From: Atractiella rhizophila
Lineage: Eukaryota
DNA: 53,899 bases
NCBI GenBank assembly: GCA_021432655.1
Contig: MU271487.1
Coordinates: forward strand, 1-53,899
Direction: 5' to 3'
Part shown: piece after piece, positions 45,228 through 53,899 of the stretch
Position numbering within the stretch: the stretch's first letter is position 1
How the letters are laid out: each line of letters opens with the position of its first letter
Translations under genes and position numbers: made by a program
Notes under the pieces: generated by a model
What the model was told of the DNA's origin: nothing
Databases searched by the model: none
What the model saw: the letters and a program-made list of their open reading frames with translations, nothing else

Positions 45228-47072
45228 TCAGTGTCGCTCCTCTCCACCCTCCCGAATCCATATCCGGTAATCCCCTTCAATAACCCCAAACTCTCTCAAC
45301 ACGCTTCTGGCCATGCATATCTCTTCATCACGCCATGATCCAAAGAACAGCTCGATCGTCAACTGGCGTCCTCTGGTCGTCTTCACCTTTTCAGCTTCAT
45401 TCACGGTATCCCCCTCCTCCTCCATCCCTCTGTCCCCAAAGAACCAGCGGATGAAATCTGAGAATACAAACCCTGTGAATCCCCAGTCCATCACACAGTA
45501 ACGAGCATCTATACTCGCTATCGCTTTTGCATTTGTGAGGGTGTGGAAGAACTGGGGGGAAACGAGCCTTGAAGTTTCCTCACCACCGTCGAGGTAGACT
45601 CGGGTGAGATGTTTGAGGTGTGAGAAGTCGAGCGGTTTGGGAAGGATGGAGATCTTTCCATCAGGTGAGTAGGGTGCGAGCGTTATCGTGATGTCTTTCA
45701 GCAGAGGCGACAGACAGGAACCTGAGACAGCCGGAGGGAGCGGACACAGATTGGAGAGAATTAGCCGTGTGAGCGTGTGTGGGAGAAAGAGTGATGGCAG
45801 AGGCGGGTATGCGGCAAGCTCTAGGCTTTTGAGGTTGGATGATAATTGAAGGCCTGGTGATGTTGACGAGGCAAAGTCTTCCACGTCGCAAGCACGGAAG
45901 GTTCTGATCCTGGCACTCTTCCTCCGCATAAATGTCTCGACCTCCTCCTTCCTCCACTTTCTCGAACCACCTTCTCCAAAGGTTACTTCATCCAACCTTG
46001 TCAAGCCTTCAATCGCACGCAACACAATCTTCGCCTCCTCTTCATTCCAAAGTGCATCCATGTACACTCCCGTGACATTCGGCGAGCCCGCGATGACGTC
46101 TTTTGCCGTCTTGGCGCTAATGTCATCGTCAAGCTCTCTCTCAAACAGGAGCTCTTTCCACAAACGTCCGGCATGAGGATATTGTTTCAGACGAGCATGC
46201 CTCTCCTGCATAGAAATATAATCATTGAAATATGGGACTGAAGCTGCCTTCCAGAGCTGACACACGGCAGAAAGTCGCTGGAAGGAAACGAGATATTCTT
46301 TATCCAGGCCTTTGATGGGATTTTCGTATTTATCGAATGATAAAACCTCGAAGATGAGAGAGAGGATCTCGGGGGGTAACTGTGCGATAGTGCATAAACT
46401 AATACTTGTAGTTCGAGCTGGGGAAAGGGAGAGTTGGATGGTTGTCCCCACAGCGGATGGATTGGTTGGTTCCTCCCATTCGCTGAGAGGAATGAAACGC
46501 TGTTGATCCTTGGAGTATACGGCGACAGGTTGGAAGATGAGCTGAGAGCGATTCTCTGCAAGATGAAATGTGCATGTGAAGGGCTTCAGAGACATGCCCT
46601 CCAAATCCACGGATGCAAGACTTTTGGTATCCCCAAAAGTTACCATAATACTTTTCTCCTCCAACGCAATGCAAAGAATCATTGCACCGTCCGGTTCTCC
46701 TTCATTTTTGTGACCTTCCAGAGAGAAGTAGGACGATTTCGATGGACCATACTTGAGGTTCCAGAATCGAATAGGTAAGACAAACGTGATCCGGAGCGTG
46801 TGAATTGATGGAGGTAGGCGAGAAATGAAAGAGGGAAGAATGGAGAGGTGGATTGGACTGCCATGTCGTAATGTTACTGGGGTGACGAGATGAGCCAGTG
46901 CGATTGACTCTGTCCCCTGACTGTCCTTCTGTAAAACTGATGTTTTTCTCCTTTTGATTCTGGGAGATAAGACGCCGGACCAAACCCCACGAATCCATGT
47001 TAAACGAGATAAGTGAGGGAGAAAGATCGATCCTGCCTGTGGCGCAATAGTGCGTTCTCCAACTTTACCCAT
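45228..47072 (-). CDS. Intronless F-box-like/LRR-like protein (family copy 3); start uncertain
   Basis: Open frame 45228-47228. IAQLPPEILSLIFEVL...LSAVCQLWK. First in-frame ATG at 47072; the position homologous to the family ATG is ATC (46956-46958). Confidence 0.75.
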   Translation of the reverse strand: MGKVGERTIAPQAGSIFLPHLSRLTWIRGVWSGVLSPRIKRRKTSVLQKDSQGTESIALAHLVTPVTLRHGSPIHLSILPSFISRLPPSIHTLRITFVLPIRFWNLKYGPSKSSYFSLEGHKNEGEPDGAMILCIALEEKSIMVTFGDTKSLASVDLEGMSLKPFTCTFHLAENRSQLIFQPVAVYSKDQQRFIPLSEWEEPTNPSAVGTTIQLSLSPARTTSISLCTIAQLPPEILSLIFEVLSFDKYENPIKGLDKEYLVSFQRLSAVCQLWKAASVPYFNDYISMQERHARLKQYPHAGRLWKELLFERELDDDISAKTAKDVIAGSPNVTGVYMDALWNEEEAKIVLRAIEGLTRLDEVTFGEGGSRKWRKEEVETFMRRKSARIRTFRACDVEDFASSTSPGLQLSSNLKSLELAAYPPLPSLFLPHTLTRLILSNLCPLPPAVSGSCLSPLLKDITITLAPYSPDGKISILPKPLDFSHLKHLTRVYLDGGEETSRLVSPQFFHTLTNAKAIASIDARYCVMDWGFTGFVFSDFIRWFFGDRGMEEEGDTVNEAEKVKTTRGRQLTIELFFGSWRDEEICMARSVLREFGVIEGDYRIWIREGGEERH

Positions 47073-47539
47073 TTCGACGCACCCACTGCAATGATTAGAA
47101 TACGAAATCGTGAGGATGATAGCAGAATCGTTTGAGGGAGTCGGTGGATTAGGGAACCGTTGGGTGGGTTGAAGTCCAGGTGGAAGTAAGTATTTGTTCG
47201 GACATGAACGCTTTAGTTCAACTAACACCGTGGAAGCTCTTTCGGCAGGTGACCTGATGGCTCCACACAGGAACTATATTTTGCCGTCAGGTCTCCTGCT
47301 AAATGAATGGTAGCTCCGTATGTTACTCGTAGTCCCCAATACAATCACGTATAAGCGAATGCGAGCAAAGATAAGTTGAACGCGGACCGTCCCTAACTTC
47401 GGCGTGCGGCATGAACATCACAACCTGACTCCGTTATCAATTCCTGTCCTATCCTAGTCCCCATTTTTAATCCTGCGTTAGAAGTTCGCACCTTCCTCTC
47501 GTGTCTCCTTTCGACCGCAGGTGGGAAATATGCGTATCT

Positions 47540-48751
47540 TCAGCGTCGCTCCTCTCCACCCTCCCGAACCCAGATCCAATCATCCTCCTTGCTCACCCCA
47601 AACTTACTCAGCGTGCTACTGGCGTGGCATATCTCTTCCTCAAGCCACTCTCCGAAAAATAGCTTAACCCGCAACTCGCGTCCTCTCGCCATTTCCAACC
47701 TTTTCCGTTCTATCCTCCGTATCCAACTCCTCCTTCAGCCCCCTGTCCCCAAAGAACCAACAAATGATGTCTGAGAATACAAATCCAGCGTATTCCCAGT
47801 TTACCACACAGTAGCGAACATCTATGTCCTCTATTACTTTTGCATTTCTGAGGTTGTGGAACAGCTGGGCGGGTACGAGGTTCGAAGCGTCCTCACCACC
47901 GTCGAGGCGGAGGAAGGTCAGATGTTTGAGGTGTGAAAAGTCGAGCGGACTCGGTAGGATGGAGAACTTTCCATCAGGCGAGTAGGGGGCGAGTGTCATC
48001 GTGAGATCTTCTAGGAGAGGTGGTAGACAGGAGCGCACAGATTGGAGAGACGCAAACCCGTGAGGGCGTGTGGGAGGGCAGAAAGTAGGGTGAAGGAAAC
48101 GAGATGTTTATTAGAGATACCTTCGATGGCCGATTCGTCTTCACTGAGTGAGAGGAACTCGAAGACGAGAGACAAGAGCTCGGGAGGTAACAGTGCGATA
48201 GCGCAGATCCTAACACCTGGAATTCGAGTCGGGGAGACTGAAAGTTGGATGAAGGTGCCTAGATAAGTGGATTGGATGGGTGAAGATTCCCATTCATTGA
48301 TAGGAACGAAACGCCGTTCGGCTTTGGAGTATAGCGCGACGGGGTCGAAGATGATAGCGGCCTGGGAGCGGTTATATGGAAGATTAAATGTGCATGTGAA
48401 GGGTTTTACGTCCGAGTCATTTGAATCCATGAATGCATAATCCCCAAAAGTTGCTTTAATACTTTCCTGCTCCAACCTGATGCAAAGATTCAGTGCGCCG
48501 TCGGGTTCGATTGCATTTTCGAGGCATTTCAATGAGAAGAAGGACGATTTTGACGTCCAGACTGCAAGAGGCAAGATAAAGCTGATCCGGAGCGTTTGAA
48601 CTGATGGAGGTAGACGAGCAAGGAAAGAGAAAAGAATGGAGAGGTGGATAGGGATGCCATGGCCTAAAGTTACTGGGGTAATGAGATGGACCTGCGCGAT
48701 TGACTCTGCTCCCTGATCATCCTTCCGTGAAAATGTTTCCTCCGCAACCAT
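47540..48751 (-). pseudogene. Pseudogene, family copy 4 (tandem paralog of copy 3)
   Basis: ~480-nt internal deletion at ~48077, frameshifting deletion at ~48032 leading to TAG at 48011, +1 insertion near 47697. Flanks are homologous to copy 3 flanks. Confidence 0.85.
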
Positions 48752-50486
48752 TCCCGGAGAAGATACGCTGAACTACAGCCCAAGAATTCACGGTAAACGA
48801 GATAAGAGAGGGGGAAAGATCAGATCATGCCTGCAGTGCGTCGGCGTGTTGTCCAGCCATCTCGACATTCTCCACGCACTGATCAGATATCACCACCGTG
48901 AGGATGGAGATCGCAAAACCGTTCGTGGGAGTCTGGATTAGATACCGTTTGCAATTAGGACAGAGACGGTGTTGCTTGAAGTGGGCCTCCAGGCGTGGAA
49001 GGTTTTAGTTTGAAGGACTACTGGATAGTGTCACAGTCGTTACAAAATGGGTAAATGAAATGAAATCCTTTGCAAATAATAGAATCTAAATTACACTGTG
49101 ATTCAAACGAAAGCTCTCTCCCGTCACTTAGTAATGATCTGACCGTGAGAGTGAAGGCTGGGGAGGCCTGGGAAAAAGGGGCGGTTACCAATCAGCTGTC
49201 AGAGGAGGGAGAGGAGGACACTTGCGTAGCGCGAATATAGGTGCCGTTCGAGTCAGTAGAGGGAGACACAAGGGACGAAGGGCAGAGGCTTAGGAGCACG
49301 AGAGAGGGGCTGACTTCGACATCCTCTTGTGGTCCCTGATCCAACACTGTCCCATTGCCCTCTTCTTTCTCCATCAGGCATTTCATTGTTGAACTCGATG
49401 TTACGAAGCAAGCGCTGGTGGAAATTGATCCATGGAGTGCGTGGCGCAGTGCGGGAGAGAGAATAGGAGATCGGCATGGTTGGAGAGGAGGCATCGGACG
49501 GCATGGGAGAGCGAGGGAGGGCGAACAGAGGTGCGAAAGAAAGTGCGAGGCGTCCCTCTGACATGCCATGGTGACTTTCGACCCTTATCACTTGCGTCCT
49601 CCTCTTTCGCTATCCTAGGCCAACATCCAGTCCACGGTCAACTTCCGAGCGCTCACGAGCTTGGTGGAGGCTTGAGGGAAGTTAGAGTGAGACAGGGGTG
49701 GATGAGATCTGTAGCGTTCAGTTAGCGCTTCTCATCATCTCCGCGCACTACCGCGTCTTCTACCTGACACCGTGTCTCCCTAGCCTTTCCCCAGTCTTTC
49801 TCCAGGGACGGTTGGGTGAGCGGGTAGGGTGAGCACGGCGGCAGAAGCGGCGGAGCGGGTAAAAGAACGGGAGGTGATAACGGATGAGGCGACGGAGGAG
49901 GCGGTAGGATTCACGGTTGATGGATGGGATCAAGAAGATTCGAATACATCGCGGCGAGCGTTAGTCTAGTAATGCCCTGCTTCTTAGTTATAATGTCACG
50001 AGACGAGATCGGGAGCAAACTTAACGTCACATTAAATCCAGGGTCATAACTTTCCTAAAGTCAAGTAAATGTATAAAACCTACAACTAAAGGGTGAGGAG
50101 AAATAACGATCACACGAGTAAAGTCGAACTGCGGAGTCGGAAATGGCTGAGAACGCGTGGTTTTCAACATATTTGATGAGAAGAAAGTTAATGTAAGTAA
50201 CGAAGTAATAAGATACCTCGTGTTCGCTTTCGCCTTTTCCCTTAGGGACATAAATTATTCGCCGTAGCCTCCTTGAACCTCCGACCACCTCCGTGAACCT
50301 CCTGCCCTCTTCTGCCCTCCCAGAATAATGGAGACCCGCGAACGCGTGGTCTCCCTCCCCTCCTGACCTCCTTCCCTCCTTCCCTCTCTGATCTGGTGAG
50401 ACCTCTACGCAGCTAAGCTCCTCGACTTGAAAGGGAGGCACTGAGATAGGAAAGGTCTCCAAGGCCTCGGGGGGTCAGCCCTCACC

Positions 50487-52389
50487 TGTAAAAGGACCGA
50501 CAACGACTAAAACTTTCCAATTGGATGCGAATTGGTCTACGTTCAGCTGCTCCGACGGAAATAGTGAGACGACCTAACCAGGAGTTACCTTGTGTCAGTA
50601 GAAGTAGAAGGTTGTGGCCTTCTTCAGAAGTCTAGTTTTCACGAAAGCCTGGTCTCGTGCTAACGTTGACACTCCGATCAGCTGCCCGCTTGACAACGCT
50701 TCATGCCGTCTTTCCAGAAACAAGTTCTCCGGTTACGCTACTATGACCGCCGGTCGTAGCCACACGGTCAGGGTCTCCATACAAGAAAATTGAGAATGTT
50801 TCCTTCGAAGTAATTACGCACCAAGGCGCAGTCCATATGCCTCGGATAGCTATGTTGCTCGTCTGGAAGTAGAAGTACCGAAAGCATGGACCCCTCTGCG
50901 AACTTGAACGCACCCTGCCCTACTGTCGGCTCGTCTTCCTAGCAGAGTATGAACTGGAAGCCTTTGTGTACGGAGAGAGGCTTTTGAGTGGAGTTGGATG
51001 CAGCCACCGGATTTGTTCCGCGGCTAATGAATAGAACGCTTAATACCGTTGCGCCCGGGTATAAGTTGTCAGCTTCTGAAGTTGTTACGATAGTACTCAC
51101 GGTAGCTTTAGCTGTTGCCTGTTCTAGGAAAGAAGTCTCGAAGAGTAGCGGCGGAGTAGCGAACATCGCTTCTGTTTGAAGGCCATAAAAGAATACTCTT
51201 GAAAGTTGCGGTTGTATATTAGTACGTTCCTCCCTCTGATTCACGTCATCAACCAACCGCTTTTCGCCCCAAGTACGGACAGGCAACCCTTACCCAAAAG
51301 TTCGAAGGTGTAGTCTTCGTATAAGAGAACAAACCTTAAGTTAGGACCTTTCGTATGATGTCGGTAAACTATACCTTAACGAACAGATAACACTTAAACG
51401 GGGACGTAACTTTTTACGAGTTATTTGACATTTTATTTGACAAGATATAAGGAGTTGGGTCTCTTTAGGACTTAGCTGCCAGGTATTCTCGAAGAAATAG
51501 TATTCCAAGGTTGGTGGATAGGTAGTTACGTTTGGTAAGACGACCGTAAAGAGAACTGGGTTTGAGCCGAAAGTGGGTAAGGGTTCCTCGACCGTACTTC
51601 GGACTGTAAAGGGTCAGCTAATACCGTGTGTTCCACACTAGCAGCGGATGCTATTACAACGCTCCACTTTCCAGTGGTACCCACTTGTGTTACCCCATGA
51701 CAAGCATTGCGGAATCGTTCGCCGCGTTCATCGCTACCCTTACACGACTAGGAGACCGCTGTACGTTCTTCAACGGTTTCTCCGGCAGTGTTTTAAGTCT
51801 CTGTAAAAGTTTGCCCGGTTGCACACCTACCCTGTATTTTTCCCCCAGTGGTGTGCCGCGGCACAAATGCGGTGGCTGCATCCAACTCCACTCAAAAGCC
51901 TCTCTCCGTTCTACAAAGTGCTTCCAGTTCATACTCTGCTAGGAAGACGAGCCGACAGTAGAGCAGGGTGCGTTCAAGTTCGCAGAGGGGTCCATGCTTT
52001 CGGTACTTGTACTTCCAGACGAGCAACATAGCTATCCGGGGCATATGGACTGCGCCTTGGTGCGTAGTTACTTCGAAGGAACATTCTCAATTTTCTTGTA
52101 TGGAGACCCTGACCGTGTGGCTACGACCGGCGGTCATAGTAGCGAAACCGGAGAACTTGTTTCTGGAAAGACGGCATGAAGCGTTGTCAAGCGGGCAGCT
52201 GATAGGAGTGTCAACGTTAGCACGAGACCAGGCTTTCGTGAAAACTAGACTTCTGAAGAAGGCCGAAACCTTCTACTGACACAAGGCAACCCCTGGTTAG
52301 GTCGTCTCACTATTTCCGCCTGCGGAGCAGCTGAACGTAGACCAATTCGTATGCAATTGGAAAGTTTTAGTCGTTGTCCGGTCCCTACA
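50487..52389. mobile_element. ~1.9 kb element with ~530-bp inverted arms (50487-51024 / 51855-52389); foldback or long-TIR non-autonomous element
   Basis: Arms are reverse complements with few substitutions and indels; spacer ~830 bp; no transposase ORF; no clear TSD. Confidence 0.6.
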
Positions 52390-53631
52390 CATGGTAGCCG
52401 TAGCGAAACGACTGTATTATAATGTCAAAGGTTGGTACCACATTGGTCTCCCATTCGTCCTCGTTCCTTCCCGCTTTGTCTCCGGTCCCTACCTAGTTGC
52501 CTCCCGATTTTTCGGAACTCTCGCGTCTCGCCGGGAAAGGAGAGGCAGGAAAGCGTAAACGTGAATGAGTGTGTCTATAATCCGAGGAGGGGGAGTGGGA
52601 CATGCGAGTAGTGGGAGAGAGGACGTTGGGACAGGGCGGAATTATGACGAGCTAGGAGGGTCGTAGGGATGGATGGAAGTGACGACCCGATATTTCGGTC
52701 TCTCGTCATTCTCCCTTCGTACCCTATTCCTTTGTGCCCTCGCGGCAGGACGTGGTCAGGGTTATGAACGAGGCTGGATAAAGGGGAAAGAGCAAATGGC
52801 ATTGGGAGCGGGGCGGGGAGAGCGGAGTCGTAAGCAGAGAGGAGTTGAGGCGCGAGGACTGTTGTAGGTTAGGAGGTGAGGAGGTCGTTGGAAAGACGGG
52901 ACGCTTTACTTACCGATCACGTTCAACTTGCAGCCTACCGTTTTCGTCTCCTACCACTATCTCGGTCAGTTCCTAACTCGTATCTGTAGCCTCTCCGTAC
53001 TCCGTACCGTATGGAAGAGAGTGGGCGGTAACGGGAGAGCAAAGTGGAGGTTCGGGCGAAGACGGTGGGAAGTGGAGTTGGTCGAACGAAGCGGGATTTG
53101 TAGTCTTTAGTGGGCGCTTCGCATCTCTATATGTTACCTCTTTCTTCTGCTGACACTGCGGCGGTTAGGGGGTGAGCGCGACGGCAGAAAGCGAAAACGG
53201 GTGAGAGAACGAAAGGTGGTGTCGGATCCGTTGGGTGACGAGAAGGTGTTTTGAGAAGGTGCAAGAGAGCGTACGACTAGTAAATGTTAGTTCGGTCTCG
53301 TGCCCCTGTATTTTAACTCTTTTCCATCGGTTTACCCTGCTGCCAACCACTACCGTCTTTCTGCACTCTTCCTAACAGGTCCACAGAGAGGGTGATAGGC
53401 AGTAGAGGAAAGCGGAGTCAATGGGAGAGCGAGGTGGAGAGTAGGGAGAGGCAGTTACGAGTGGAAAGTAGAGCGGAAGGTGGTTGGGGAGGCGGGAACA
53501 AGCGCAAGACCGGAGCAACCCGGTAGGGAAGGACCACCGTCACGTATAGGTAAGAGGGAGAGAGAGAGAACGATGGGCACAGGGACTGTACACGTGTACA
53601 GGTAGCGACGCGGCGAGGGAAAAGACAATTT

Positions 53632-53656
53632 NNNNNNNNNNNNNNNNNNNNNNNNN
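53632..53656. other. Assembly gap (N run)
   Basis: 25 Ns. Confidence 1.
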
Positions 53657-53899
53657 ACCGACTTTTGCTTTGGTCGAGGATGCAGTTCCCACGTTTGGTT
53701 CCGCTCATGAGATGCTAGTTCTATGTCCATGGCTCCCACCCATTTAGGGTCTTTGGCAGCTTTGATATAAGAGGATGGAACAGTAGCATTCATGGCCCAG
53801 TGCAACAGCTTCTCTCCTGCAGCTGAATCACCAGCTTGCATAGCCACCTCAATGTTGTGTTGCGTAGAACCATCATAGCTTAGCCTGCGAACAGGTTGA
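53657..53899 (-). mobile_element. Ty1/Copia LTR retrotransposon pol fragment (integrase-RT linker and start of RVT_2 domain)
   Basis: Open frame QPVRRLSY...VPSSYIKAAKDPKWVGAMDIELASHERNQTWELHPRP matches the Copia P.sy.eA...W..AM..E......N.TW.L...P signature. Confidence 0.88.

Noticed and set aside
49190..49900. Short ORFs in GC-rich degenerate sequence
   Set aside because: No recognisable family; cannot support a gene or TE call
1..53899. tRNA, rRNA, CRISPR arrays or prokaryotic operons
   Set aside because: None seen; the sequence is eukaryotic with spliceosomal introns

Overview
Fungal genomic scaffold. A basidiomycete is inferred from the many ~45-60 nt GT-AG introns, microexons and gene families; the taxon cannot be confirmed from sequence alone. 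There are two N gaps (1029-1976, 53632-53656). A core of conserved intron-rich genes (DPB4-like histone-fold protein, RTC3, sugar porter, GFA protein, Mto1/ApsB-like gamma-tubulin receptor, ICT1/Pth4-like peptidyl-tRNA hydrolase) sits among accessory, duplication-prone DNA. The accessory DNA includes a tandem secreted beta-propeller pair, an S8 protease, a beta-lactamase-family hydrolase, large and small thaumatin-like proteins, a tandem NmrA-like pair, four copies of an intronless family (unrecognised N-terminal domain + F-box-like + LRR-like; one copy is a pseudogene), a separate F-box gene, a ~1.9 kb element with ~530 bp inverted arms and a Copia fragment. Most notable: (i) the dispersed intronless F-box-like family with a shared upstream motif; (ii) two tracts with a Neurospora-type CpA->TpA RIP-like dinucleotide signature, plus a tract that is instead CpG-depleted; (iii) a structured, H/ACA-like candidate RNA in an unusually long intron of the GGQ hydrolase gene; (iv) 4-nt and 7-nt microexons. 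Gene models were assembled by hand and family calls rest on motif recognition, not database searches.
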